Source: a virus | Virus record (IMG/VR): IMGVR_UViG_3300046092_000062 | Coordinates: 61,866 to 125,865 of that record | Direction: 5' to 3' (one strand) | Length of the DNA: 64,000 nt | In this document: positions 14,578 to 24,673 of the stretch, in pieces | How positions within the stretch are numbered: the first letter of the stretch is position 1 | How the letters are laid out: every line of letters starts with the position of its first letter | Notes under the pieces: model-generated | Told to the model about the DNA's origin: nothing | What the model saw: only the letters and a program-made list of their open reading frames with translations | Databases searched by the model: none | Made by a program: the position numbers and the translations under genes

Positions 14578-15033
14578 ATGAAAACAAAATATCAACAACT
14601 ATACATGGACTGGGCGCATCGTGCAGCAGAACTAAGTCATGCACGTAGGCTCAAGGTAGGAGCAGTTATTGTCAAGGACGATGTGGTCATTTACGGCTAC
14701 AATGGCATGCCAGCAGGGTGGGATAACAACTGCGAAGAACACCCTAAGATTGTTAACAAACAAACCTATGCCATTGAAGAAGATACAACTAGATTAGTAA
14801 CACGACCTGAGGTATTACATGCTGAATCAAATGCTATTGCAAAACTGGCGAAGTCTCCTAACGTTGGTAACGGGGCTGACTTATTTGTTACTCACAGTCC
14901 TTGTATCCACTGTGCCAAGCTCATTTTTCAGTCAGGTATTCGTCGTGTATTTTATGGTGCAAACTATCGCGATGATGCAGGAGTCCAATTCCTCAGGAGT
15001 TCGGGCATAACAGTTACACAAATTGAAGAATAA
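14578..15033 (+). CDS. dCMP (deoxycytidylate) deaminase
   Basis: The zinc-binding motifs HAESNAI and PCIHCAKLI are present. The GTG start of the track ORF lies inside the terminator hairpin, so the ATG at 14578 was used. Confidence 0.8.
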   Translation: MKTKYQQLYMDWAHRAAELSHARRLKVGAVIVKDDVVIYGYNGMPAGWDNNCEEHPKIVNKQTYAIEEDTTRLVTRPEVLHAESNAIAKLAKSPNVGNGADLFVTHSPCIHCAKLIFQSGIRRVFYGANYRDDAGVQFLRSSGITVTQIEE

Positions 15034-15034
15034 C

Positions 15035-15057
15035 TAGCCCACTTCGGTGGGCTTTTT
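15035..15057 (+). terminator. rho-independent terminator AGCCCAC-TTCG-GTGGGCT followed by T5
   Basis: A GC-rich stem, a tetraloop and a U tract lie immediately after the dCMP deaminase stop. Confidence 0.6.
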
Positions 15058-15058
15058 C

Positions 15059-15087
15059 TTGACTATACTTTCATGCTCTGCTATAAT
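15059..15087 (+). promoter_or_regulatory. sigma70-type promoter TTGACT-17 bp-TATAAT
   Basis: Consensus hexamers sit directly after the terminator. Confidence 0.5.
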
Positions 15088-15118
15088 AGTAGTTCAACTA
15101 ACCCAATGGAATACTTTA

Positions 15119-15280
15119 ATGTTTGAATCAATTGAAATCCGCAAAGCAGCAAACGGCTTTATCCTTATCGTGCATACCGAAGACGAAACAAAAGAATTTG
15201 TGTACGATACTGAACGCAAGCTGATGCGATCACTTAAATCGCAGCTGGGTCAAAAGATCACAGCTGACGACCAAGATTAA
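15119..15280 (+). CDS. small hypothetical protein (53 aa)
   Basis: The first ATG downstream of the promoter, inside track ORF 15047..15280. Confidence 0.35.
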   Translation: MFESIEIRKAANGFILIVHTEDETKEFVYDTERKLMRSLKSQLGQKITADDQD

Positions 15281-16032
15281 TCTCTACGCTCGATATCTTC
15301 TTCAGTGCAGTGTTTGCCGTATTGTATCTCTACAATGCGACAAGGTGCAGTAAACGGATTGTGTAATCGATGCCATCCGTCTTTGGGTATATGGATACTC
15401 ATGTGTTCGCTTAATTGTTGAGCTGGCATATGGTATCCATTTTCCATTTGTTGCTCAGCAACACATTGTCCTTCGCTAACGTGCCAGTATTCTGCACGGT
15501 GCTGATGCCTTTGTAGACTGAGACTTTGTCCTGGATTGATAGTCAACTCCTTGACCTTAGTACCTGGCACATCGTGTAGGACACGATAGTAACCCCATGG
15601 GCGTTCTGTCTTAGGTGCTTTCCATTCTTGTAGAATCCAGCTTGAACTGTTGGCCTTGTTTTCACCACCAACACCAAACACAAACTCTACTCCAGTAACT
15701 GACATTTCGGGGATGTTGTCTCGTGTTCTATCGCCACCATTGGCAAAGATGATTTCATCGTTGGGATATTGTGCTTTAAGCTCTTCCAGTAACTTAATGG
15801 CACTACCATCGCTGTCGTCCCAGTAAGTGGTTTGGGTAACATACTTGATCTTGCTTACAACAGCATATCGTTCGTCCCATGGCATAAATGCTGCACCCTT
15901 TTTGCGTTGTAGCCAAGCGTCACTGTTTAGGCCGACGACCAAGATATCGCCAAGTTGGCTTGCTGCTTTGAGATAGGCAATGTGCCCACTATGGATAGGA
16001 TCAAACCCACCGGTTACGATTACAATTTTCAT
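15277..16032 (-). CDS. bifunctional cytidylyltransferase-like nucleotidyltransferase ([10 protein letters not shown], HxGH) fused to a cupin domain
   Basis: The N-terminal HxGH motif fits the Rossmann-like nucleotidyltransferase family (RfaE-II/TagD-like). The C-terminal third looks like a cupin beta-barrel. Confidence 0.6.
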   Translation of the reverse strand: MKIVIVTGGFDPIHSGHIAYLKAASQLGDILVVGLNSDAWLQRKKGAAFMPWDERYAVVSKIKYVTQTTYWDDSDGSAIKLLEELKAQYPNDEIIFANGGDRTRDNIPEMSVTGVEFVFGVGGENKANSSSWILQEWKAPKTERPWGYYRVLHDVPGTKVKELTINPGQSLSLQRHQHRAEYWHVSEGQCVAEQQMENGYHMPAQQLSEHMSIHIPKDGWHRLHNPFTAPCRIVEIQYGKHCTEEDIERRD

Positions 16033-16129
16033 ACAAATATTTATTCGGTGGTCTTGCTCTTGCTTTTAAAACTTGATCCTTGTAAAATAGCTAAAATAAA
16101 TACCTTATCAACTATTATTGGAGAATTAC

Positions 16130-17161
16130 TTGTCAAAGACTGTACTTATTACCGGCGGAGCCGGTTTCATTGCTCACCACGTTATTGAGCGCATCCTAAA
16201 AACTACAGATTGGAATATTGTTAGCTTAGATCGCTTAGACTATTCGGGCAATCTAAACCGTCTACATGACATGATGGAAGAGATTGCGCCAGAACAGCGC
16301 AAACGCCTACGCATTGTATGGCACGATCTCAAAGCAGAGATCAATCCACTGACTACCAGCATGATTGGTGATGTGAACATTGTGCTGCACTTGGCTGCTG
16401 GTTCGCACGTGGATCGTTCTATCGAATTCCCAATGGAGTTTGTAATGGATAACGTTGTAGGCACAACCAATCTCTTGCAGTATGCTCGTACTCTTCCGAA
16501 CCTTGACCGCTTTGTTTACTTCTCGACAGACGAAGTGTTTGGTCCAGCACCCAATGGTGTTAGCTACAAAGAATACGATCGCTACAATAGCACGAACCCT
16601 TATTCAGCAAGTAAGGCAGCAGCAGAAGAAATTTGCGTTGCATTTGAAAACACTTACAAACTTCCTATCGTAGTTACACACACTATGAACGTGTTTGGTG
16701 AACGTCAGCACCCTGAGAAGTTTATCCCAATGGTAATCCAGAAAGCCCGTGATGGCGAAGTGGTAACAGTTCATAGCGATCCAAGCAAGACCATTGCAGG
16801 TTCACGTCACTATATCCATGCTAAGGATGTAGCAGATGGATTGATGTTTATCCTTGAAAATCTCAAAGACTATAAGCACACAGGTGATTACGGTGGTGCC
16901 AAGTGCCCTAAGTTTAACCTTGTTGGTCCAGAAGAAATTGACAACCTTACACTTGCTAAAATGATTGCAGCAGCAGTTGGCAAAGAGTTGGTATACGAAA
17001 TGACAGACTTCCACAGCAGCCGTCCTGGTCACGATCTACGTTATGCGCTCGATGGTGGCTTGCTAGCTGAACTAGGATGGACTCCTAAAATCAAACTTAG
17101 CGAACGTGTTAAGGAAGTGGTTGAATGGACACTAGCTAATAACCGTTGGTTGCGTAAATGA
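16130..17161 (+). CDS. NAD-dependent nucleotide-sugar 4,6-dehydratase/epimerase (SDR family; GGAGFIA and YSASK)
   Basis: A Rossmann GxxGxxG motif and a YxxxK catalytic motif are present. There is no ATG, so the TTG at 16130 after a GGAG ribosome-binding site was chosen; the TTG at 16118 is an alternative. Confidence 0.7.
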   Translation: MSKTVLITGGAGFIAHHVIERILKTTDWNIVSLDRLDYSGNLNRLHDMMEEIAPEQRKRLRIVWHDLKAEINPLTTSMIGDVNIVLHLAAGSHVDRSIEFPMEFVMDNVVGTTNLLQYARTLPNLDRFVYFSTDEVFGPAPNGVSYKEYDRYNSTNPYSASKAAAEEICVAFENTYKLPIVVTHTMNVFGERQHPEKFIPMVIQKARDGEVVTVHSDPSKTIAGSRHYIHAKDVADGLMFILENLKDYKHTGDYGGAKCPKFNLVGPEEIDNLTLAKMIAAAVGKELVYEMTDFHSSRPGHDLRYALDGGLLAELGWTPKIKLSERVKEVVEWTLANNRWLRK

Positions 17162-17868
17162 AACATTGCTTTATTGTAACTAGTGCAGTTAATAGCCGCT
17201 TTGGGGTATATTCCCCAATTGAGCGGCTAGAGCAAACAGTGACTACCGTTGCTAGTATTCGCAAGCATGTGCCGGATGCTAAGATTGTTATTATGGAAGT
17301 GACAGGGGTTCCTGTCACAGCAGAACAGACTGCAATCTTGTCTAGTGTATGCGATGTGTTCTTGGACTTTACAGACGAAGCAGAAGTGCAAAAACTTTAT
17401 CACAGTACAGACAACTGGGATGTGGTAAAGAATGGCACTGAGATCATGTGCTTTGGCCAAGCACTGAAATTGCTTAAAGAAGACGGCGAGTTTGTGGGCA
17501 TCGATCGTATTCACAAGATGTCAGGTCGTTACGTAATTAATGACTTGTTTGATCCTGAGCTATACGAAACTGAAGCAGACAAAATCATTATCGGGCGTAA
17601 GCATAAGAGTCAATTCCCTGTTGAGGTAACGCAGCAGTCTTGGCAATACATGGCACGACTATGGTCATGGCCTATTGCACTACTAGACGAAGTCATTGAG
17701 GTATACGACAACAGTTTCGCACACTTCAACGAACGAGTTACAAATGGAGGCTACACGGACATTGAGCATGTGCTTGCTAAATTCCTTAACCCTGCTCATG
17801 TAGTTGAAGTAGATCAAGTTGGCGTAGAAGGGGCCATTGCACCTAACGGTTCATATATTAAAAACTAA
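17158..17868 (+). CDS. hypothetical protein
   Basis: ORF track entry, in a run of genes with overlapping start and stop codons. Confidence 0.5.
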   Translation: MKHCFIVTSAVNSRFGVYSPIERLEQTVTTVASIRKHVPDAKIVIMEVTGVPVTAEQTAILSSVCDVFLDFTDEAEVQKLYHSTDNWDVVKNGTEIMCFGQALKLLKEDGEFVGIDRIHKMSGRYVINDLFDPELYETEADKIIIGRKHKSQFPVEVTQQSWQYMARLWSWPIALLDEVIEVYDNSFAHFNERVTNGGYTDIEHVLAKFLNPAHVVEVDQVGVEGAIAPNGSYIKN

Positions 17869-18647
17869 TGATAAACAACCACAACTGGAATCAAATCCAG
17901 CAAGACTTTTTACAAGCCAAGCCATTTAATTATGTAGTAATTGACAATTTCTTCACAGACGCGGTCGCTGCACAGCTAGTTGCAGATTTCCCGTCGTACG
18001 ACAACACAGTTTGGAATGCACACTATCACAATGCACTAGAAGATAAGAAAGCATGTAATCGCTGGGATAACTTTCCTGCAACCACATACAAGGCATTTTC
18101 TTATTTGACAGGAGCAACATTTACATCACACATGCAACACCTATTAGGTGATGCCGATCTTGCAGCCGATGTTGGACTGCATGGTGGTGGATGGCACGCT
18201 CACACTAAAGGCGGGAAGAACAACATCCACTTGGATTACAGTATTCATCCCAAATTGGAATTGCAACGCAAGCTCAACATTATCATTTACATCAGTCCTG
18301 AATGGGATACTGCATGGGGCGGCGGCCTAGAGATTTGGGATCACAACGAAGAAACAGGCGGCCCCGGGCAATGTGTGACTACTGTTGAAAATCGTTTTAA
18401 CAGAGCAGTAATTTTTGATACTACACAAAATTCATGGCACGGCCTGCCTAAGGAACTCAACTGCCCAGACGGCAGTGTTCGTCGTAGCCTAGCAGTGTAT
18501 TATGTCACTGATCCAGCAACAAACGCAGATCCACGCGGTAAAGCATTATTTGCACCATACGGCGACCAAGCAAACGATCCAGACGTGATCGAACTAATTA
18601 AAAAACGTAGCAACGTTACAAACGCACCCGGAGTTTACAAAGCATGA
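17868..18647 (+). CDS. 2-oxoglutarate/Fe(II)-dependent oxygenase (HxD...H; PhyH/prolyl-hydroxylase-like)
   Basis: An IHLD motif and a distal NSWHG His are present, with RAVIFD as the putative 2-oxoglutarate-binding arginine. Confidence 0.55.
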   Translation: MINNHNWNQIQQDFLQAKPFNYVVIDNFFTDAVAAQLVADFPSYDNTVWNAHYHNALEDKKACNRWDNFPATTYKAFSYLTGATFTSHMQHLLGDADLAADVGLHGGGWHAHTKGGKNNIHLDYSIHPKLELQRKLNIIIYISPEWDTAWGGGLEIWDHNEETGGPGQCVTTVENRFNRAVIFDTTQNSWHGLPKELNCPDGSVRRSLAVYYVTDPATNADPRGKALFAPYGDQANDPDVIELIKKRSNVTNAPGVYKA

Positions 18648-19366
18648 TTAAATTTTATTTACACGTACCAGAGTTAACTGGTTGGCAATCAGTTCTAGTT
18701 GAGATGCTAGAGAAAATGGACAACAGCGGCCTAATCAATCGCGCAGACGAAATCATCTTCTGCTTAAATGGTGTTAAGAGCAATATGGAAATGTTCCTGT
18801 TGCCCATCCTTAAATCTAATCCTAAATTTACAGCAGTGCAAGTCCATGGCGATGCTACTAAGTGGGAATGGCCTACTATTAACAAAATCAAGCAGGATGC
18901 TGATTCTAGCGAAGATGAGTACACAATTGGTTACGCACACCTTAAAGGGCTCAGCAGAGAAAATGTTGCAGACCAAAAGGCCGCAGATTGGCGCAACTAT
19001 CTAACATACTGGACAATCGAGCAATGGGAAAAATCTCTCGAAGAATTGTCTAAAGGGGTTGAAGTAGTTGGAGTCAACTGGTTGGATCATCCGTTCCCTC
19101 ATTTCTCAGGAAACTTTTGGTGGACAAATAATAACTACATCCGACGCTTGCGTAAACTGTCAGACCCTGCTACAATTGAGTGGGGCAAGGAAAGTTTATA
19201 CTTGCCGGGAGTTAAACTAGATCCGGGTAACTTTAGATTTGAGCATGAGGCATGGATCGGCAGCGGAAAACCTCTGCAAACAAACATGCACTCAAGTCAT
19301 GTTAAAGGAGACCCTAGCTTCCACTACAACAACGAATATCCTTCTTCTAACTACAGAACTGAATAA
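18644..19366 (+). CDS. hypothetical protein
   Basis: ORF track entry. Confidence 0.5.
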   Translation: MIKFYLHVPELTGWQSVLVEMLEKMDNSGLINRADEIIFCLNGVKSNMEMFLLPILKSNPKFTAVQVHGDATKWEWPTINKIKQDADSSEDEYTIGYAHLKGLSRENVADQKAADWRNYLTYWTIEQWEKSLEELSKGVEVVGVNWLDHPFPHFSGNFWWTNNNYIRRLRKLSDPATIEWGKESLYLPGVKLDPGNFRFEHEAWIGSGKPLQTNMHSSHVKGDPSFHYNNEYPSSNYRTE

Positions 19367-20592
19367 TGACATCTTGCAAATCAATTGACGCCTGCCTTGC
19401 TTGTGGTAGCAGCCACTTAACTCTTGAACTAGACTTAGGCAACCAAGCCCTTGCCAATGCTTGTATTTCGGACTTACAAGGTGACGAACTAAAGTTCCCG
19501 TTGGCCGTTAACAGATGCGAGCACTGCAATCATTTGCAATTGACTCACGCAGTTGACCCTGCACTGATTTACACTCACTACCTCTACGTAAGTGGTACAA
19601 GTAAAACAGGGCGTGATCACTTTGAGTGGTTCTCTAAGTTTGCAGTTGAGTACATGGGCAACTATCCAATGACAGTATTGGACATTGGTTGCAACGACGG
19701 TACACAATTAGATTACTTCAAACAGTTGGGATTGAGAACCACTGGTGTTGACCCTGCTGAAAACCTGTACCCGGTTAGCAGCAAGAATCACAATATCTAC
19801 TGTGACTTCTTTAGCTCAACGTTAACTGAACAACTAGCCAAGGACGAAATATTCTTTGACATCATTACAGCGCAGAACAGCTTTGCTCACAATCCGGATC
19901 CACTGACTTACATGAAGAACATCAAGAGATTGATGCGTAATGGTAGCAAGTTCTTTATTCAAACAAGCCAAGCTGACATGGTCGTAAACAACGAGTTTGA
20001 TACTATCTATCACGAGCATGTAAACTTCTACAACATCAACAGCATGAATGAGTTGTGCAAACGTGCTGGATTGTATCTAGAGGATGTGGTCAAGTGCCCT
20101 ATCCATGGCACAAGCTATATCTTTATTGTTAGCAAAGACAAACAACGTCCCGAACACATCAAGAACTTGATTGCAAGCGAAGCTAGTAAAGGACTGCTAA
20201 CAGCAGACACTTACGACCGTTGGGCATTTAATGCCAAAGAGTTAGTAGAGGAATTGGTTGGTAGTGTTGAAGTATACGTAGAAAAGTACGGCTATAGAGC
20301 CATTGGTTATGGCGCGGCAGCTAAAGGCAATACTCTGCTACAGTTTAGTGGACTCAAGCTGGAAGCCATTATTGATGACAATCCTCTGAAGCAAGGTCTG
20401 TACAGCCCTGGTGCAAATATTCCTATTGTGCCAATTGACTATTTGGATCAGTTCGGCGAGGATGATACAATTATCTTCATTCCACTGGCATGGAATTTCT
20501 ACGAAGAGATTCGTACCCGTATTCAACAGAAGCGTAACTATCGCGGTGATCGTTATGTTAAGTATTTCCCTAAAGTAGAGATAGAACAATGA
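19366..20592 (+). CDS. SAM-dependent C-methyltransferase (N-terminal CxxC..CxxC zinc finger followed by methyltransferase motif I LDIGCNDGTQL; NDP-hexose C-methyltransferase-like)
   Basis: The zinc-ribbon-plus-methyltransferase architecture is typical of the TylCIII-type sugar C-methyltransferases. Confidence 0.6.
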   Translation: MTSCKSIDACLACGSSHLTLELDLGNQALANACISDLQGDELKFPLAVNRCEHCNHLQLTHAVDPALIYTHYLYVSGTSKTGRDHFEWFSKFAVEYMGNYPMTVLDIGCNDGTQLDYFKQLGLRTTGVDPAENLYPVSSKNHNIYCDFFSSTLTEQLAKDEIFFDIITAQNSFAHNPDPLTYMKNIKRLMRNGSKFFIQTSQADMVVNNEFDTIYHEHVNFYNINSMNELCKRAGLYLEDVVKCPIHGTSYIFIVSKDKQRPEHIKNLIASEASKGLLTADTYDRWAFNAKELVEELVGSVEVYVEKYGYRAIGYGAAAKGNTLLQFSGLKLEAIIDDNPLKQGLYSPGANIPIVPIDYLDQFGEDDTIIFIPLAWNFYEEIRTRIQQKRNYRGDRYVKYFPKVEIEQ

Positions 20593-21476
20593 AACTAGAA
20601 GTACCAATTGGAATCCTACTTCGACGCCGTGCTGCACTTGGTGATGTGATTATTACCACAGGCGTTGTGCGTGAACTAAAAAACATGTACGGTGACAACT
20701 GTGTAATCGATGTGCATACTGAGTATCCGCAAGTGTTTAAACATAATCCTCATGTGCGTAATGTGATTCACACAGACACCGAAGTTGATGCAGCGGCATA
20801 CGATGTGTTCTATAACTTAGATGACACATACGAGTATAACCCAGATGGGCACTTTGTTGACAATTACTTCTATCGGGTTTTTGGTAACACAAATATGGAC
20901 AAGAGCATGGAATTGTTTATTGGTAATGCGCAAGTCGCAGAAGTTGATAAACTAGTTGCATCAATCAACAGTCCGTTTGTGGTAATTCATATGCGCCGCT
21001 GGCACTGGGAATTGAAAAATATTGCAGTAGAAGTTTGGATAGACGTTATTAACAAAATCCTTGCAGCAGATCCTTCTGTTAAGATTGTGTGTACAGGCGG
21101 CCCAACGGATTATGCACCCGAAGGTAATCCTAGAGTAATTGACGCTAGAGGCCTTGACGCAGGATCAACTTGCTACTTAATGGATAGTGCTAAGTGCTTT
21201 GTGGGCATTGACTCGGCGCCATTTCACATTGCTGGAGCAAGTGAAACTCACATTGTGGCATTACTGAGCCACATGTATCCAGACCGTGTGTTGCCATTCC
21301 GTAATGGAGTGATGGGCGATAACTGCACAGTCATTCAAGCCAGTGTGCCCTGCGTTGGATGCCATGCTAGACAGCAACGCCCAGTTCGACAAATTGTATG
21401 CGAACGCAGCGACTACGCTTGTAATAAGTCATGGGATATTGCTGCAATTGTAGACGCAGTAGTTAAACAATTATGA
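20589..21476 (+). CDS. glycosyltransferase family 9 (heptosyltransferase-like)
   Basis: RRRAALGDVIITTGV matches the GT9 N-terminal motif, and FVGIDSAPFHIAGA matches the GT9 C-terminal motif. Confidence 0.65.
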   Translation: MKLEVPIGILLRRRAALGDVIITTGVVRELKNMYGDNCVIDVHTEYPQVFKHNPHVRNVIHTDTEVDAAAYDVFYNLDDTYEYNPDGHFVDNYFYRVFGNTNMDKSMELFIGNAQVAEVDKLVASINSPFVVIHMRRWHWELKNIAVEVWIDVINKILAADPSVKIVCTGGPTDYAPEGNPRVIDARGLDAGSTCYLMDSAKCFVGIDSAPFHIAGASETHIVALLSHMYPDRVLPFRNGVMGDNCTVIQASVPCVGCHARQQRPVRQIVCERSDYACNKSWDIAAIVDAVVKQL

Positions 21477-21847
21477 TCGTGTCTATTCCAGTAAGCATTG
21501 GGGAATTGTTTGATAAGATAACAATTCTCCAGATCAAAAGTGAGCGTATCAAGGATGCAACTAAGTTGGAAAATGTTAAGACCGAACTGTATCATCTCTA
21601 TGTATCGCTAAATGAATTATCACTGCCCGACGTAGATAGTTATGTGGCTGAACTAAAAGCCATTAATAGCGAACTGTGGGACATTGAAGACTTTAAACGT
21701 GCATGTGAAAAGAAGCAATCGTTTGACGCCGAGTTTATTGAAGCAGCAAGACAAGTATATCTTAAAAACGATAAACGGGCAGCTATTAAGAAAGCAATCA
21801 ACGACATCTGCGGCAGCACTATTACTGAAGAAAAGAGTTATGAGTAA
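21473..21847 (+). CDS. hypothetical protein
   Basis: ORF track entry. Confidence 0.45.
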   Translation: MIVSIPVSIGELFDKITILQIKSERIKDATKLENVKTELYHLYVSLNELSLPDVDSYVAELKAINSELWDIEDFKRACEKKQSFDAEFIEAARQVYLKNDKRAAIKKAINDICGSTITEEKSYE

Positions 21848-22667
21848 AAGCATTACGTTAGTCACTGTAGAAACCATGTACCACAACTTAGCTCGTCGTG
21901 CATTAGAAGAAACACTCAAACACATTGACGTTAAAGAAGTTGTGGTATTCAGTGACAAAGAGATCCTACCTGGTAGCACAACAGTGCTTACCAAGCCCAT
22001 CAAGAGCTTTAGGGACTACAACGAGATTATGCTTAAAAACATGTGGCCGTTTATTGACACTGACCATATCTTGTTTGCACAGTGGGATGCAATGGCATAC
22101 GATGGTACCAAGTGGACTGATCAGTTTCTCGAGTATGATTACATTGGTGCAGTTTGGCCATGGGCACCCGAAGGCCAAAACATGGGCAACGGTGGGTTCT
22201 CTCTACGTTCACGTAAGCTGTTATTGGCTTGTAAAGATCCTGCAATTCAGTTGCATGAAAAACGTAAGTTCATTGAGGAAGACGCAGTCCAGTGCGTTGA
22301 CCATAGGCAGCTCTTAGAGAGCAAGTACGGTATTAAATTTGCGCCAACTGCCTTAGCACAACAGTTTAGTCACGAGATACAAGAAGGCTCATATGAATAC
22401 AAACCAGGATTTGGATTTCACGGACAATGGAATGTGGTTAAGTTAGCTGACTTGGACGTAGTTGATTACTTTATTCCTAGGATGGACTACAAAGGTTGGA
22501 ACATACATAAATGGCATCATTTCTTGTACGAGCTAGGCGAACGAGCAGAAGCGCACTACCATATGCCGTTTGTGATGCAGCAGATTACACAACACAGTCC
22601 TGAGCTGGTGCTCCCGGTAATGGAATGGCTTGCGAGACACAGCGAATTCTGGGCCGCAGCAACGTAA
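21840..22667 (+). CDS. hypothetical protein (possible nucleotide-diphospho-sugar transferase fold)
   Basis: ORF 21684..22667 trimmed to the ATG at 21840, which follows the upstream stop. Confidence 0.45.
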   Translation: MSKSITLVTVETMYHNLARRALEETLKHIDVKEVVVFSDKEILPGSTTVLTKPIKSFRDYNEIMLKNMWPFIDTDHILFAQWDAMAYDGTKWTDQFLEYDYIGAVWPWAPEGQNMGNGGFSLRSRKLLLACKDPAIQLHEKRKFIEEDAVQCVDHRQLLESKYGIKFAPTALAQQFSHEIQEGSYEYKPGFGFHGQWNVVKLADLDVVDYFIPRMDYKGWNIHKWHHFLYELGERAEAHYHMPFVMQQITQHSPELVLPVMEWLARHSEFWAAAT

Positions 22668-22673
22668 TTTTGG

Positions 22674-22702
22674 TTGCCCAATAAAGGCCCTTTTGCTATA
22701 AT
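22674..22702 (+). promoter_or_regulatory. early promoter cassette TTGCCC-17 bp-TATAAT
   Basis: A member of the conserved promoter-leader family. Confidence 0.5.
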
Positions 22703-22732
22703 ACACGTATTGCAGCAAACAGGGCTTTTTCA

Positions 22733-22882
22733 ATGAAGTACACGCTAATCACTAGCAAGGGCAAAGTTTACACTTTCTTCTTGAAATCTGTTGCAGACAC
22801 GTACCAGCAAGCGTATGGCGGTGTTGTTTTTACACAACAAGTATTAGACTCAATTTGCCCAAAAATGGCAGAAGCAGTATAA
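22733..22882 (+). CDS. small hypothetical protein (49 aa)
   Basis: An ATG lies 30 nt after the -10 hexamer, and the ORF ends inside the next promoter. Confidence 0.35.
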   Translation: MKYTLITSKGKVYTFFLKSVADTYQQAYGGVVFTQQVLDSICPKMAEAV

Positions 22883-22883
22883 T
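22855..22883 (+). promoter_or_regulatory. early promoter cassette TTGCCC-17 bp-TATAAT followed by the leader ACATAGCAAGCAAAAAGG
   Basis: A member of the promoter-leader family. Confidence 0.5.
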
Positions 22884-22913
22884 AGATACATAGCAAGCAA
22901 AAAGGAACATACC

Positions 22914-23195
22914 ATGAAGCAAGATTACACTGTGCGCATCTTTAAACTTGATGGTCGTTGTGCCCGTGGCGAACGCCTTGTGTCAACTACAGTATGGGCA
23001 GACCGTACTGAAACTGGTATTAAGCGCGAGTGCCGAGAGCTCGAAGCTATGTGGCCAAAGAGCAAAGGCTATCGTGTAATTTACTATGCTACCATGAAAA
23101 CCGTGAAAAACCTTATGACTGGTAAGGATATTCAAATTAACGCAGACACCCCATGGTGCTGCAACCCTGCTAGCGAAACTTATTGGAGCATGTAA
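22914..23195 (+). CDS. hypothetical protein
   Basis: ORF track entry. It follows the promoter leader. Confidence 0.45.
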   Translation: MKQDYTVRIFKLDGRCARGERLVSTTVWADRTETGIKRECRELEAMWPKSKGYRVIYYATMKTVKNLMTGKDIQINADTPWCCNPASETYWSM

Positions 23196-23201
23196 TTTCG
23201 G

Positions 23202-23230
23202 TTGACCCGAAATGAAATCCATCGTATAAT
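23202..23230 (+). promoter_or_regulatory. early promoter cassette TTGACC-CGAAATGA..-TATAAT
   Basis: A member of the family. Confidence 0.5.
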
Positions 23231-23259
23231 ACATACTTAAACAGCAAAAAGGAAAAAGC

Positions 23260-24288
23260 ATGTCAAACAGTTTTGTTCGTATCCGCAGCGGCGCCTATCG
23301 TACTACTGATGTCTCGGGTCAAACATTCGAGCTTGTAGAACAGTTTAAGACCAGCGCCAAAGGTGGTTATGTGACTGTTAAAAATGGTGGTGCTTTTCCT
23401 GGCTTTCCGGAAGATATCCGTGTTAAGGTTACTGGCCCGTTTGATTACGAGTTTGTGACTGAAGGTGATGCAGGCGTTGCCGCAGTGCAAGCCCATGCAG
23501 AGGTCGTTGTAGAGTCTGATGAGGAAGCAATTGCACGTATCCGTGAGCGCTTTGAAATCTTGCATGAGATGACTAAGGCTGCAACCAACGGCGACATTCG
23601 TGCTATGATTGTTAGCGGCCCTCCTGGTGTGGGTAAGAGCTACGGTGTTGAGCAAGAAATTGAAAAGGCAACACTGCTGGATCAAATTGCAGGCAATCGT
23701 CTCCGTGCAGAAGTTGTTAAGGGTAGTGCTACCCCAATTGGCTTGTACCAAACCCTGTACAAGTACAGTGACGCAAATTGTGTGCTGGTGTTTGATGACT
23801 GTGACGGCATCTTGCTTGATGACGTGTCGCTTAACTTGCTGAAGGGTGCGTTGGACTCAGGCAAGAAGCGTAAGATTTCTTGGTTGAGCGAGTCAAGTGC
23901 TCTGCGCCGCGAAGGCATCCCAGACAGCTTTAACTTTAACGGTAGTGTGATCTTTATCACTAACTTGAAGTTTGACACTATGAAGAGCCAGAAGCTCCGT
24001 GATCACCTTGATGCACTGCAATCACGCTGTCACTACCTGGACTTGACCTTGGACACTATGCGTGACAAGATGCTCCGTATCCGTCAAATCGCAGCAGACG
24101 GCGAGTTGTTTGCAGACTACGAGTTTGATCAGATTGCCCAAGATGAGATCATTGATTTCATGGACGCTAACAAGAACAAGTTGCGTGAAATGAGTTTGCG
24201 TATGGCTCTTAAGATTGCAGACTTGCGCAAGAGCTTTCCAAATAACTGGACTGCAATGGCTCGTACTACTTGCATGAAGCCTAACTAA
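23260..24288 (+). CDS. AAA+ ATPase (Walker A GPPGVGKS)
   Basis: A P-loop motif is present, and a hhhhD Walker B candidate (VLVFDDCD) follows. Confidence 0.6.
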   Translation: MSNSFVRIRSGAYRTTDVSGQTFELVEQFKTSAKGGYVTVKNGGAFPGFPEDIRVKVTGPFDYEFVTEGDAGVAAVQAHAEVVVESDEEAIARIRERFEILHEMTKAATNGDIRAMIVSGPPGVGKSYGVEQEIEKATLLDQIAGNRLRAEVVKGSATPIGLYQTLYKYSDANCVLVFDDCDGILLDDVSLNLLKGALDSGKKRKISWLSESSALRREGIPDSFNFNGSVIFITNLKFDTMKSQKLRDHLDALQSRCHYLDLTLDTMRDKMLRIRQIAADGELFADYEFDQIAQDEIIDFMDANKNKLREMSLRMALKIADLRKSFPNNWTAMARTTCMKPN

Positions 24289-24297
24289 GGAGTTATA

Positions 24298-24396
24298 ATG
24301 AGTAAAGACCTCGGGTGGATTGCAGTCATAGTGTTAGCTATTTGCGGACACCCGGGCTTTGCAGTGTTTTTGGCTTTTCTTTTATTGTTGTCTTAA
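24298..24396 (+). CDS. small membrane peptide (32 aa)
   Basis: An AAGGAG ribosome-binding site precedes the ATG, and the product is hydrophobic. Confidence 0.3.
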   Translation: MSKDLGWIAVIVLAICGHPGFAVFLAFLLLLS

Positions 24397-24404
24397 GGAT
24401 TTTT

Positions 24405-24521
24405 ATGTATCAAATTTGGGATGGTGATTTGTTTTTGTTTAACGTGGAAACAGCAGACGAGGCTCTTGAGCAAAGCGAAGCTGGCTTCACAGTCGAACTA
24501 GAGGCATACTACGGTGCGTAA
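24405..24521 (+). CDS. small hypothetical protein (38 aa)
   Basis: Lies within track ORF 24315..24521. Confidence 0.3.
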   Translation: MYQIWDGDLFLFNVETADEALEQSEAGFTVELEAYYGA

Positions 24522-24673
24522 TCTTGTTATTGCACGTTTACACGAGTGTGCCCACAAAGGCATTATTTTTAACAGTGACGGTGAAGAGTTTCCTGTTGCA
24601 AAATTAGAGCAAATGTCTAATGCAGACTTGCTGGCATTGTTTGAAGACCTAATCGGATTTAACGGATAACAAC

